Shown one piece after another: positions 8,093 to 17,817 of a stretch of 64,000 nucleotides of DNA; positions within the stretch are counted from its first letter, which is position 1; every line of letters begins with the position of its first letter. The stretch is from a virus. Taxonomy: Duplodnaviria; Caudoviricetes. The DNA is taken from positions 372 through 64,371 of IMG/VR virus record IMGVR_UViG_3300038393_002209, one strand, 5' to 3'. A program made the translations under genes and the position numbers. Under the pieces are notes generated by a model. That model worked only from the letters and a program-made list of their open reading frames with translations, ran no database searches and was not told where the DNA came from.

Positions 8093-8865
8093 TGAATCGC
8101 CTGCACATCATCCACGACACCTCGCCCTCTCATATGTTCGAGCCCCCGAAGGGCTACGGGCGGGGCCTGGAACTCGACCTCCGCGGCCCCGAGGGCTACG
8201 CCGGGGTGGCCGACCCGTTCCCGGATGAGCTGCTCATCCCCGAGTCCGACTGGCAGGCGATCATCGAGGAGAAGGACGCCCAGAAGTCGTGGATCGACGA
8301 CGTCTGCGACCTCGTGGGCCTGCCGGTCAAGAACCAGCAGCAGACCAACTACTGCTGGGCCAACGCCACGACCCACAGCCTGGAGGTCGTGAGGGCTCTC
8401 CAGAACGAGGAGAAGGTGATCCTCTCGCCGGCCTCGGTGGGCGGGCCGATCACCAACTACCGGAACGTCGGCGGCTGGGGCAAGCAGGCCCTGGAGCGGA
8501 TCATCTCGGACGGGGCCGTCCCGGTCGACCTCTGGCCCGCCAACGCGATCTCCAGGCAGTACGGCACGGCCGAGAACTGGGCCGTCGCCAAGCGGTATCG
8601 GGTCGTGGAGTGGTTCGAGCTGGAGCCCCGCAACCTCAACCAGTTGTTCTCCTGCGTCCTGCGGGACATCCCCGTGCCGATCGGCCTGAACTGGTGGGGG
8701 CACGAGGTGCTGGCCACCCGCCTCCGCTACATCGACCGGACCTACGCCCTGGGTATCAGGAACTCCTGGGGGCCGCAGTGGGGCGACAACGGGTGCGGCG
8801 TCCTCCAGGGCCGCAAGATGTACCCCGACGACGCCGTGGCGCCCCGGACGGCCGTCGCCGCCTGA
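8089..8865 (+). CDS. papain-like cysteine peptidase (C1 family)
   Basis: KNQ..TNYCWA (Gln/Cys), WWGHEV (His), IRNSWG (Asn). Confidence 0.85.
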   Translation: MMNRLHIIHDTSPSHMFEPPKGYGRGLELDLRGPEGYAGVADPFPDELLIPESDWQAIIEEKDAQKSWIDDVCDLVGLPVKNQQQTNYCWANATTHSLEVVRALQNEEKVILSPASVGGPITNYRNVGGWGKQALERIISDGAVPVDLWPANAISRQYGTAENWAVAKRYRVVEWFELEPRNLNQLFSCVLRDIPVPIGLNWWGHEVLATRLRYIDRTYALGIRNSWGPQWGDNGCGVLQGRKMYPDDAVAPRTAVAA

Positions 8866-8884
8866 CACCCGAAAGGGGACCCCG

Positions 8885-9220
8885 ATGCCGGACCGCATCC
8901 TGGCCATGTTCGCCGCGTTGGTCCTGGGCTTCACCGCCCGGGGCCTCCTGCGGCGTCCGGCCGAGAACACCCTGGAGATCGAGCTGGACGAGGGCGAGGA
9001 CGAGGACGAGGAGGAGGGCGACGAGCCCGCCCCCGAGGCCCCCGCGACCAAGCCCGCGGCCGAGCCCGCCGACCCCGACGGCTACGAGGGGCTCTGGGCT
9101 CAAGGCCCGATCCACTGCCTGGTCTGCAACCACCGATGGGTCGCGGTGTACCCGGCCGAGACCGACCCGACCACGCTCCAGTGCCCGAGCTGCGACCTCT
9201 GGATGACCGAGCCGGAGTGA
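8885..9220 (+). CDS. membrane-anchored acidic protein with Zn ribbon
   Basis: N-terminal hydrophobic helix, D/E tract, CLVC...CPSC. Confidence 0.65.
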   Translation: MPDRILAMFAALVLGFTARGLLRRPAENTLEIELDEGEDEDEEEGDEPAPEAPATKPAAEPADPDGYEGLWAQGPIHCLVCNHRWVAVYPAETDPTTLQCPSCDLWMTEPE

Positions 9221-9224
9221 GGCG

Positions 9225-9641
9225 ATGCCCGAGCACCTGACCCCCATCGACGCCCTGGAGCCGATCTCGCCGGCCGACCTCGGGACCACCGAGGACTACG
9301 CCCGGGAGTTCGCCGAGGACCCGCCCGGCCCCGGGATCGCGGGGGACGCCGACAACCCGTTCTCCAAGATCCTGAACGCGGCCCTGGAGCGGCTCAAGGC
9401 CGGTAACGGTTTCCAGGCCCCCGCCCCGGCCGTCGAGGTCGCCTCGACCCTGGAGCAGCTCACCCAGGCCCTGGAGGGGGCCGCCTCCGGCGGCGGAGCC
9501 CCCAGGGCGATCACCGTGTCCCCGGCCGCCGCGGCGGCCCTCCTGGTCCGGCTCCGCGTCGCCGAGGCGGCGGGCCGGGACGCCGAGCACGAGCGAAGGA
9601 TCTCGATCCTGGCCCTGGGGAAGATCCTCGGGGTCGAGTGA
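9225..9641 (+). CDS. hypothetical protein
   Basis: 138-aa ORF immediately before TerL. Confidence 0.65.
   Translation: MPEHLTPIDALEPISPADLGTTEDYAREFAEDPPGPGIAGDADNPFSKILNAALERLKAGNGFQAPAPAVEVASTLEQLTQALEGAASGGGAPRAITVSPAAAAALLVRLRVAEAAGRDAEHERRISILALGKILGVE
9402..9414. promoter_or_regulatory. 13-bp dispersed palindrome, copy 3 (intragenic)
   Basis: GGTAACGGTTTCC. Confidence 0.75.
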
Positions 9642-9650
9642 GACCCGCCC

Positions 9651-11261
9651 GTGAGCCGCCACGACCCGAACTCCGGCCGCAACTTCCGGCCCCGCGACCG
9701 CAAGGAATTGTGGACCTGGATCTACCTGTACACGGGGGTCAAGGTCGCCACCAATCCGGTCTGCGACGGCCACTGCGCGCCGTTCGATGCCATCGCCTGC
9801 TGGCAGCTCGACCGCCCCGGCCACGCCCTCCTGGAGGGCTCCCGCGGCTCGGGCAAGTCGTTCCTGTCCTCGATCGACACCCACCTCGACTCCCGCCACC
9901 TGCCCCGGCACGGCACCCGCATCCTGGGCGGCTCCAAGGCCCAGGCCCAGCAGGTCCACCAGGGCCTGAAGGAGGCCGTGCTCGACGGCCGGGGACCCTC
10001 GGGCGGCAACGACAAGGACACGATCGACCACTTCGGCGTGCAGATGACCCGATATCACAACGGGTCCGAGGTGTCGATCCTGGCGGCCAGCCCGCTCTCG
10101 GTCCGCGGCCCGCACGTCCCATGCTTGAAAATGGATGAAGTGGATGAGATCGACCCGAAGATCCGGGACGACGCCCACGGCATGGTGATGGACAAGGGCA
10201 AGGGGGCCGAGCGGTACAAGCCCAAGATCGTCATGACCTCGACCCACCACAACCTGGGCGGGCCGATGGAGGAGCTGAAGGCCCAGGCCATCGCCTCGAA
10301 CGAGGCCCACCCGGGCAGCTACCCCCTGCACCGCTTCTGCGTTTGGGAGGTGTTGCAGCCCTGCCCCGAGGAGGTCTCCGGGCGGTACGTCGGCGGCCAC
10401 GACGCCTACGAGAACTGCCCCCAGTGCCCCCTGGTGAAATACTGCCACGAGGGCCGCGAGCGGCACGGCGGGGTCCCCAAGGCCAAGCGGGTCTCCCCGT
10501 TCGGCCACTACACCGTGGGGTCGCTGCTGGACAAGGTCCACGGCGTCTCGAAGCGGGTCCTGGAGGCCGACTACTTCTGCCTCGGCCCCAAGGCCGACGG
10601 GATCTGGTTCAGCGAGTTCGACGCCAACCTCGGGGCCAACGTCCGGGAGATCGAGTTCAACCCGAACCTGCCGCTGCGGATCGCCGGGGACGCCGGCTCA
10701 TCCTGCCACACCGGGGCGGCCTACTACCAGGCGTGGCTGGACCCGGTCACGGGCCGCCCCTGCCTGGGGTTCCTGGCCGACTACTACGCCGAGGGGCTCC
10801 ACAGCCAGCAGAACGCCGAGCGGATTCAGGAGGCCGGCCGGGAGGCGGGCCTGTCGGTCGATCGGGTCGCCCGGGTCTGCCTGGACCCGGCCGCCGGGGT
10901 CGAGTCGGGCCTCGGGCCGGCGGCCCTGGGCGAGTACAAGCGGGTCTTCGGGGACTACCGGGTCGGCCTGGCCCCCCGCCGAGGTGTCGTGCAGGGGCTG
11001 GACTTCGTAGAGATGCTTGTGCGTCTCGCGGACGGCACCCGCACGCTCTACGTCCACCCCCGCTGCCAGCACATCATCCGGGCGTTCTCCGGCTACCGCC
11101 GGAAGAAGGTCCGGGGCCAGTGGACGGGTACGCCGGAGGACCCGCAGCACCCGTTCGAGGAGATGATCGACCTCATCCGCTACGGCGCCTGGGACGCCTT
11201 CCCCAAGGGATACCCGCAACCGGATCAGATGCAGAGGGCTCACGCCTCGAACCTCCTGTGA
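9651..11261 (+). CDS. terL: terminase large subunit
   Basis: Walker A EGSRGSGKS, Walker B LKMDEVDE, RNase H-like nuclease (IAGDAG...DLIRY); followed by portal. Confidence 0.9.
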   Translation: MSRHDPNSGRNFRPRDRKELWTWIYLYTGVKVATNPVCDGHCAPFDAIACWQLDRPGHALLEGSRGSGKSFLSSIDTHLDSRHLPRHGTRILGGSKAQAQQVHQGLKEAVLDGRGPSGGNDKDTIDHFGVQMTRYHNGSEVSILAASPLSVRGPHVPCLKMDEVDEIDPKIRDDAHGMVMDKGKGAERYKPKIVMTSTHHNLGGPMEELKAQAIASNEAHPGSYPLHRFCVWEVLQPCPEEVSGRYVGGHDAYENCPQCPLVKYCHEGRERHGGVPKAKRVSPFGHYTVGSLLDKVHGVSKRVLEADYFCLGPKADGIWFSEFDANLGANVREIEFNPNLPLRIAGDAGSSCHTGAAYYQAWLDPVTGRPCLGFLADYYAEGLHSQQNAERIQEAGREAGLSVDRVARVCLDPAAGVESGLGPAALGEYKRVFGDYRVGLAPRRGVVQGLDFVEMLVRLADGTRTLYVHPRCQHIIRAFSGYRRKKVRGQWTGTPEDPQHPFEEMIDLIRYGAWDAFPKGYPQPDQMQRAHASNLL

Positions 11262-11268
11262 GGCCCCC

Positions 11269-13089
11269 ATGCCCCAGCTCGATCCGGACGTCGTCGAACG
11301 CCGGGCCGCCGGCCACGCCGAGTACCGGCGTTGCTACCTGACCCAGCGTCGCCTCCTGGACAGCCTGGTGGGCGGCCAGGTCTACCGGGACGCCCGCTAC
11401 GGCTCCGACGTCTACGGCCTGCCGGTCTACAACCTCGTCCGCCACAAGCGGGAGCGGCCCAACCCCCGCTCGCGGAAACGGCGGGACCCGATCCCCTCGG
11501 CCACCTACATCGACCTGGCGTTGCCTGCCGACATCAAGTCGGCCTACTCCCAGGTCGAGCCCGAGCACGACCAGGCCGCCAACGCCGGGGTCGACGACTT
11601 CGAGCTGCGTCGCGCCCGCACCCCCGTGCCCGAGATCATGACGGACATCATCGGGGAGCACATCGCCCGGATCACCCGCCACGAGATCACCCGGACCGGC
11701 CCGGCCGAGCTGGAGCGGTTCTGGGGGGACGTGGACGGCCTGGGCCACTCGATCGAGCAGTTCGTGAAGTCCGAGGTCGGCCCGACCTACTTCGCCTGCG
11801 GCCGGATCGACCTCCTCTTCGACCGCCCCGTGGTCGCGGGGGACCCCGTGGTCGTCAGCAAGGCCGACGAGGTCAGGCTGGGCCTGGACCGGGTCCACGT
11901 CACCCCGATCCTGCCCGAGAACATGCTCTGGTGGCGGCTCGACGCCCGGGGCAAGGACTACGCCGAGGTGCTCTACCGGGAGTGGGGCGAGGACGAGCTG
12001 GGCAACCCGGTCGAGCAGTTCCGCCACTGGGACGCCGAATCCACGTCCCTTTATGACTCCAAATACCAGCTCGTGCCCGGCACCCTCCTGAGCCACCCCT
12101 ACGGCGCCTGCCCGGTGAAGTGCGTCATGGACGGCCGCGTCCCCGGCACCCGACGCATGCCCAAGAGTGCCTATGAGGGGGTCTCGGAACGCATGCGTGA
12201 GGTGTACAACCTCATGTCCGAGGTCGTGCTCTCGGACACCCTCCAGGCCCACCCGATCCTGTGCCTGCCGCAGGAGTGGTGCCAGGAGAACGCCGAGGTC
12301 CCGGTCGGGCCGAACTTCGTCCTGCCGATCAAGATCGTGGACGACGGCACGTCCAAGCTGGCCATCCCCCCGATGATCCTCGACATCCCCAAGGGGCCGA
12401 CCGACAGCCTGCGGACCTCGATCGCCGGCCACCTGGCGATGGCCTACTGGTCGGCCGGCCTGGAGCCCCCCTCCCCGGTCTCCGACTCGGTCGACCGCCA
12501 GAGCGGGATCTCGAAGGAGCTGGACGTCGAGAAGCTCAACGGCATCCTCGTGGAGCGGGCCAAGGCCCTCCAGGCCCTGGAGACCGCGATCGTCGAGGGC
12601 TGGAAGCTCGTGACCCGCACGCCCGACGCCGAGGCCGCGGTCCACTACCCCAGCAAGTTCGGCAGCTTCTCGGCGGCCACCCTCACCGGCCTGTTCGTCG
12701 CGTTCCAGGCGAGCTACCCGGCCGTGGGTGCCCTGCCCGAGAACGACAAGGCGGTCCTGCGGCTGATCGTCCGCGAGATCGACCCCGGCCGCCCGGACGA
12801 CGAGTACAAGGTCCGCGACCGCGAGATCGACGAATTCGTGGACAAGCAGGCGAAGCAATTCCAGGCCCAGTCCGAGGCCAAGCTGGCCCTGGCCGTCGCC
12901 CAGAAGGACAACCCGATCCCGAGCCCGGCCGGGGGCGTGCCCGGCGGCGGGCCGCCGAAGCACGTCCCCGAGGGGGCCGGCCAGCCCGAGCGGACCGGGG
13001 TCAACGGGACCCCGGACGGCCAGGCGAAGAAGTCCGGGAAGGGTTCCCGGGCGAAGAAGAAGCCCGCCGCGGAGGCCCCCAAGAAATGA
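11269..13089 (+). CDS. portal protein
   Basis: 606 aa directly after TerL; QSGISKELD and HPYGACPV segments resemble SPP1-type portals. Confidence 0.8.
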   Translation: MPQLDPDVVERRAAGHAEYRRCYLTQRRLLDSLVGGQVYRDARYGSDVYGLPVYNLVRHKRERPNPRSRKRRDPIPSATYIDLALPADIKSAYSQVEPEHDQAANAGVDDFELRRARTPVPEIMTDIIGEHIARITRHEITRTGPAELERFWGDVDGLGHSIEQFVKSEVGPTYFACGRIDLLFDRPVVAGDPVVVSKADEVRLGLDRVHVTPILPENMLWWRLDARGKDYAEVLYREWGEDELGNPVEQFRHWDAESTSLYDSKYQLVPGTLLSHPYGACPVKCVMDGRVPGTRRMPKSAYEGVSERMREVYNLMSEVVLSDTLQAHPILCLPQEWCQENAEVPVGPNFVLPIKIVDDGTSKLAIPPMILDIPKGPTDSLRTSIAGHLAMAYWSAGLEPPSPVSDSVDRQSGISKELDVEKLNGILVERAKALQALETAIVEGWKLVTRTPDAEAAVHYPSKFGSFSAATLTGLFVAFQASYPAVGALPENDKAVLRLIVREIDPGRPDDEYKVRDREIDEFVDKQAKQFQAQSEAKLALAVAQKDNPIPSPAGGVPGGGPPKHVPEGAGQPERTGVNGTPDGQAKKSGKGSRAKKKPAAEAPKK

Positions 13090-13378
13090 CGGCGTGGGGG
13101 AACCGGGCCATCGCCTCGGCACGCCCGAGGGCGTCCAGTTCCCCCCACCTCTCGACCGGGCAGATCACGAACGCCTCCTGGACCCGGCCGTCGGAACCCC
13201 GGGCCTCCGCCCAGGACCGCATCGCGTGGCGTTCGATGTCGAAGCCGACCTCGCGGAGCCAGGCATCCAGCTTCTCCCGACGCTCGGCCAGGTGCTCGGG
13301 GGTCAAACCCGAATGACAAGCGGGCACACCTGCGACGAACGGATAGACGAGGGACAGGAAATCATCGGTTTCCGGCAT
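13001..13378 (-). CDS. antisense hypothetical protein between portal and scaffold
   Basis: MPETDDFLSLVYP...; protein-like composition and fills a 330-nt gap, but 3' end overlaps portal tail. Confidence 0.45.
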   Translation of the reverse strand: MPETDDFLSLVYPFVAGVPACHSGLTPEHLAERREKLDAWLREVGFDIERHAMRSWAEARGSDGRVQEAFVICPVERWGELDALGRAEAMARFPHAVISWGPPRRASSSPGNPSRTSSPGRPGSR

Positions 13379-13419
13379 GGCGGGCACCTCCCGCCTCCCT
13401 ACGGACCACCCACGAAAGG

Positions 13420-14139
13420 TTGACGATGGAACCGGAAGAGAAGCCCGACGACAAGCCTCCGGTGGAGACGCCGCCGGTCGAGAAGCCGGCCGACCCGACC
13501 GTCACCATCTCCCAGGCGGACCTGACGAACCTCTGGACCCAGCTCAACCAGGCCCGGAGCCGGATCGAGGAGATCGAGACCAAGTCGAAGAAGGAGGCCG
13601 AGGACGTCAAGGCCAAGGCCCTCCAGGAGCTGGCGGCCAAGGACGGGGCCGCCGCCGCGTTGCAGCGGCAGAAGGAGGAGCTGGAGGCCGAGGGCCGGAC
13701 GGTCAAGGGGGAGCTGGCCGAGGTCGTGGACGGCCTCAAGGCCGCCTCGAAGCGGTCGGTGGTGGACGGCGCCCTGGTCGCCCTGGCGGACCGCCTGGTG
13801 GACCCCAACGCCGCCGACTACATCCGCTCCCAGCTCGAAGGCCGCTACACGGTCGAGGCCGTCGAGGGCCAGAAGCACCAGTTCCGGGTCCGCGACTCCA
13901 AGACGGGCCAGATCGTCTCGGCCGAGGCCGCCAAGGCCCAGGTGCTGGCCGACCCCAAGCTCGCCTGGGCTCTGAAGGCCGAGGCGGCCCCGGGGGCCAC
14001 CAAGGGGAACCCGGGCGGACGCCCCGAGGCCACGCCGGAGGACGAGCCCAAGGACGCCGGGAGCCGGGCGTTGAAGAAGGCCGCCGCCCGCAAGCAGGTC
14101 GCCGGCCGCCTGGGCCTGACGCCCCCCTCGGCCAACTGA
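13420..14139 (+). CDS. capsid scaffolding protein
   Basis: Acidic/Pro N-terminus, coiled coil, lies between portal and MCP. Confidence 0.75.
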   Translation: MTMEPEEKPDDKPPVETPPVEKPADPTVTISQADLTNLWTQLNQARSRIEEIETKSKKEAEDVKAKALQELAAKDGAAAALQRQKEELEAEGRTVKGELAEVVDGLKAASKRSVVDGALVALADRLVDPNAADYIRSQLEGRYTVEAVEGQKHQFRVRDSKTGQIVSAEAAKAQVLADPKLAWALKAEAAPGATKGNPGGRPEATPEDEPKDAGSRALKKAAARKQVAGRLGLTPPSAN

Positions 14140-14244
14140 CAATCGGTGTTCGGCGGTCGTAGAGACTGCATCGGACGCGAGTCCACCACGCGAAGCCATC
14201 CCGCGAAGCCTCACCCATCACCCTTCTAAGGGGGTCCGAGGCTC

Positions 14245-15423
14245 ATGGCCTACAAGCGTGGCTTCCTCCAGGACGTCGACTTCTCGGGCGAGCACGTCGA
14301 GGACATCAGCGCCCTGACGCGCGAGGTGTTCTTCAACCAGCATCCCCTGCTCTCGCGGTTCCCGCACGTCGATGGCGACGCCATCGAGTTCAAGATCCTG
14401 ACCTACGCCTTCCGGCCCCGCACCTACACCCTCACCGCCGCCATCGCGGACGGCGTCGCCACCTCGGCGAGCCTGAACGACGTCAGCCCCCTGGTCGAGG
14501 GCGACGTGCTCTGGTTCCCCTCGGGCGAGCGGGTCGAGGTGACGGCGGTCAACGTGACCAACGCCTCCACCGGGGCCGGCACGGTCACGATCGTCCGCGG
14601 CGTCAGCGGCAGCACGGCCGCCGCCCAGGCCAGCGCCGGCACCGTCCGCCTGGTCGGCAACAGCCAGCGGGGTAACGAGGTCGCCCAGTCCTCGGCCCGC
14701 ACCGCCCGCACCGCGAACGTCCAGTGGCACCAGCGGTCCCGCCGCCGGGTGTCGATGGGCGGCGAGACGGCCGCGGTCAAGAACGTGGTCCTGCCGGGCG
14801 GCTACACCGACCCGTTCGACCTGGAGAAGGAGGTCAAGCTCGTCGAGATGCTCGACGACGCCGAGTCCTCGATGTACTTCGGGATGGGCGAGGCGCCCAC
14901 GGCGGGCGGCAACCGCCGCAAGCAGAAGGGCCTGCGGCAGCTCGTCGGCCACCTGACCGACGCCTCCGACATCACCGACGAGGCGGCCTACACCCCCGAC
15001 AGCCTGATCCGCGACCTCTTCCAGCCCATCATCGACAACGGCGGCGAGCCCGGCGTGGTCCTGATGTCGACCGGCTGGGTCTCGGGCCTGCACAAGTGGG
15101 GCTACCTCAAGACCGGGTCGGTCCCCCTCGGCAGCACCCAGAACCTGGGCATCCGCATCAGCGGCTACGTCCTGCCGTTCTCCAACCGGGACATCGTCTT
15201 CATCCCGGCCCCGCTCCTGAACGCCCCGGACAACTCCCACTCGGCGATCTGCCTGACCACCGAGGAGGTGGCGATCTCCGACCTGGAGAACGAGAGCTGG
15301 CACCCGGTCGCCCGGACCGGCGACGTCCGCGAGGGCGAGTGGATCTACGACGGCTGCATCCGGCTGGAGAACCCCGAGCACCACTCGATGGTCGAGGGGA
15401 TCACCGGCTTCTCGGCCTCCTGA
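14245..15423 (+). CDS. major capsid protein (DUF5309/SU10-like, with inserted beta-domain)
   Basis: Position after scaffold; EKEVKLVEMLDDAESSMYFG...RKQKGLRQL and C-terminal IRLENPEHH pattern. Confidence 0.8.
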   Translation: MAYKRGFLQDVDFSGEHVEDISALTREVFFNQHPLLSRFPHVDGDAIEFKILTYAFRPRTYTLTAAIADGVATSASLNDVSPLVEGDVLWFPSGERVEVTAVNVTNASTGAGTVTIVRGVSGSTAAAQASAGTVRLVGNSQRGNEVAQSSARTARTANVQWHQRSRRRVSMGGETAAVKNVVLPGGYTDPFDLEKEVKLVEMLDDAESSMYFGMGEAPTAGGNRRKQKGLRQLVGHLTDASDITDEAAYTPDSLIRDLFQPIIDNGGEPGVVLMSTGWVSGLHKWGYLKTGSVPLGSTQNLGIRISGYVLPFSNRDIVFIPAPLLNAPDNSHSAICLTTEEVAISDLENESWHPVARTGDVREGEWIYDGCIRLENPEHHSMVEGITGFSAS

Positions 15424-15449
15424 TCCGACATCCCGGCTGAAATCGTCGC

Positions 15450-15482
15450 GGGCCTGGGTGGTAACGCTTACCGCCCAGGCCC
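15450..15482 (+). terminator. stem-loop after MCP containing 13-bp palindrome copy 4 (15460-15472)
   Basis: GGGCCTGGGTGGTAA-CGC-TTACCGCCCAGGCCC. Confidence 0.75.
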
Positions 15483-15513
15483 GTCGCCTAGACCGACCGA
15501 CCCCCAGACCGGA

Positions 15514-16092
15514 GTGACCGCCTTGGACGCCCCGTTCAAGTTCCCGGGCATGCCGCCCTTCCTCAGCCAGGCCGCCCAGGTCGCCGGGGCCGCCCGCGAG
15601 GCCGTGGGCAAGGCCGGCGTGCTCATGCCCGTCAGGATCGGCGGGGACCTCGTGTCCCAGGCCGTGGGCCACGCCCGCAAGGGCAACCTCGCCAACGCCC
15701 TCAAGGCCCTCAAGGCCGCCGAGGCCCAGCTCAAGATCGTGGAGGTCGCGGGCCGAGCCCTCGACGACGCCATCTCCCGCGTCGCCTCCTACGTCGAGTC
15801 CCTCCAGGCCCCGCGGAGCCCGGTCGCCCAGGCCGCCGCCCCGGCCCCCAACTTCGTCCCCGAGGACGAGACCGAGACCCCGCCCGAGGAACTCCCGGTC
15901 GACGAGCCCGAGCCTGAGCCGGAGCCCGAGCCCTCCAAGGCCCAGCGGATCGCCGCCGCGATCCATCAGCGGACGGTGGTTCAGGGCATGGGGCTCCCCG
16001 AGGCCCTGGCCGAGGTCAAGGCCGAGTTCGAGGGCCAGCCCCAGGCCGAGCCGGCCCCCAAGCCGTCGCGTCGCAACCGCAAGGCCGACTGA
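15514..16092 (+). CDS. hypothetical virion-associated protein
   Basis: 192-aa ORF, GTG start with GGAG RBS. Confidence 0.6.
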   Translation: MTALDAPFKFPGMPPFLSQAAQVAGAAREAVGKAGVLMPVRIGGDLVSQAVGHARKGNLANALKALKAAEAQLKIVEVAGRALDDAISRVASYVESLQAPRSPVAQAAAPAPNFVPEDETETPPEELPVDEPEPEPEPEPSKAQRIAAAIHQRTVVQGMGLPEALAEVKAEFEGQPQAEPAPKPSRRNRKAD

Positions 16093-16115
16093 CCACCTGA
16101 TCGGGAGGGCGGGAC

Positions 16116-16796
16116 GTGGCGGACTTCCTCGAAACGGTCTACGCCGACGACGAGGCGATCCACCGGCAGTTCCCCGGGGACTTCGCCCCGCTGATCCCGC
16201 CCGCCCAGGTGATCGCCTCCGGCACCGACGGGGCGTTCGCCAACGGCTCCCCCTGGACCCTCAACTCCTCGGTGGACTTCGCCGCCCGGGGGGTCAAGGC
16301 CGGCATGCTGGTGACGCTCAGGATGGCCCAGGCCGCCTCGCGGCCCGCCCACTGGGTCCCCTCCGGCATGGCCTACGCGGTGGACGCGGCCCCCTCGGGG
16401 GGCTCCCTGGCGTTGCGGGTCGTGGGCCAGCCCAGCGGAGCCGGCCAGCCCCCGGCCCCGACCGCCGGCCTGTCGGGGGTCTTATTCGAGATCCGGACCT
16501 TCTACCCGCAGATCGAGGACGCCTCCTTCGACCTGAACCGGGAGTTCTCGATCGACCCCGACGACCCGGCCCGCTCGCCGGCCAACCTCACGGACCTGCG
16601 GGACCTCCGGCGGGCCTGCGTCCTGCTGGTCGTCAAGCGAGCCCTGATCGCCTCGATCCAGAACAAGGACGACCGCTGGGCCACCCTGGAGCCCAGGGTC
16701 TGCGAGATGTTCGAGCACGAGATGCAGCGGCTCCGGGTCCGGTGGATCGACGACCAGGACGGCCGCCCGTTCTTCGGGATGCGGGTCGTCCGATAA
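16116..16796 (+). CDS. putative head-tail adaptor / head completion protein
   Basis: Position after MCP and size; no diagnostic motif. Confidence 0.45.
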   Translation: MADFLETVYADDEAIHRQFPGDFAPLIPPAQVIASGTDGAFANGSPWTLNSSVDFAARGVKAGMLVTLRMAQAASRPAHWVPSGMAYAVDAAPSGGSLALRVVGQPSGAGQPPAPTAGLSGVLFEIRTFYPQIEDASFDLNREFSIDPDDPARSPANLTDLRDLRRACVLLVVKRALIASIQNKDDRWATLEPRVCEMFEHEMQRLRVRWIDDQDGRPFFGMRVVR

Positions 16797-16808
16797 ACGA
16801 GGGAACTC

Positions 16809-17780
16809 ATGAGCGACCGACCCTCCGTCGCGGCCCTGGCCCGGATGCACGGCATCCCCTGGCACCAGGCCAACCGCCGCTACGACGAACTCACGGCCGC
16901 CGGGTCCCCCGAGCCCGCCCCCGCGGTCGCCGGGTCCGCCCCGGTGGACTCGATCGTCGAGGCCGTGCTGGCCCGCCTGGGACTGGGGACCCGGGCGGAG
17001 GCCCCGGCCTCCAGGGTCGAGCCGAGGGGCCTGACGGTGCGGCACGAGGGGCGGCCCGCCCGCGTGGGGGTCGTGACCGATACCCACTATCCCTACCAGG
17101 ACGAGCGGGCGATCTCGGTGGCGATGCAGATCCTGGCCGACTTCAAGCCCGACCTCGTCGTCCACCTGGGGGACGTGTTCGACTTCTACATGATCTCACG
17201 CTTCGCAAAGGACCCGAAGCGGGGCAAGGCGGTCCGCGAGGAGATCGACTCGGCGAAGCCGCTCTGGAGTGCCCTCGACGCCCTCGGGTGCGACGTGGCG
17301 GTGATCGAGGGCAACCACGACCACCGCTTCGACCTGATGCTGAACTCGACCGGCGGCATGTCCGGCCTGGTCTCGGTCCGGGACCTGACCGGGTGCCCGG
17401 AGCGGTTCTGGTGGCTGGCCAACCAGTCCCACCTCCTGGTCGGCCCGATGGCCTTCCTGCACGGCGACGTCCGGGGGACCAATGGGGGCAAGCACGCCGC
17501 CCGGACCCTGATGTCCAAGCTCCAGATCAACTTCGTCTGCGGCCACTTCCACCGCGAGGACCGGGTCGGCCTGGCCGACTACCACGGCGTCCCCCACCAG
17601 GGGGTCGTGGTCCCCTGCCTGTCCCGGGTCGAGGAAGCCTACGAGTACAACCGGGTCCCCGACTCGGTCAACGGCCTGGCCACCGTCGAGATCGACCACG
17701 ACGAGAACCTCGCGGAGGTCCGGACCCACGTCATCGACCGGGGCCGCTGCCGGGCGTTCGGCAAGACCTACCGGGCCTGA
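16809..17780 (+). CDS. calcineurin-like metallophosphoesterase
   Basis: DTH, HLGDVFD, GNHD, HGD, GHFHR motifs. Confidence 0.9.
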   Translation: MSDRPSVAALARMHGIPWHQANRRYDELTAAGSPEPAPAVAGSAPVDSIVEAVLARLGLGTRAEAPASRVEPRGLTVRHEGRPARVGVVTDTHYPYQDERAISVAMQILADFKPDLVVHLGDVFDFYMISRFAKDPKRGKAVREEIDSAKPLWSALDALGCDVAVIEGNHDHRFDLMLNSTGGMSGLVSVRDLTGCPERFWWLANQSHLLVGPMAFLHGDVRGTNGGKHAARTLMSKLQINFVCGHFHREDRVGLADYHGVPHQGVVVPCLSRVEEAYEYNRVPDSVNGLATVEIDHDENLAEVRTHVIDRGRCRAFGKTYRA

Positions 17781-17785
17781 TCGGC

Positions 17786-17798
17786 GGTAACGGTTTCC
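17786..17798. promoter_or_regulatory. 13-bp dispersed palindrome, copy 5 (intergenic)
   Basis: GGTAACGGTTTCC. Confidence 0.8.
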
Positions 17799-17817
17799 AG
17801 CCACCAGGGGGCCTCCC

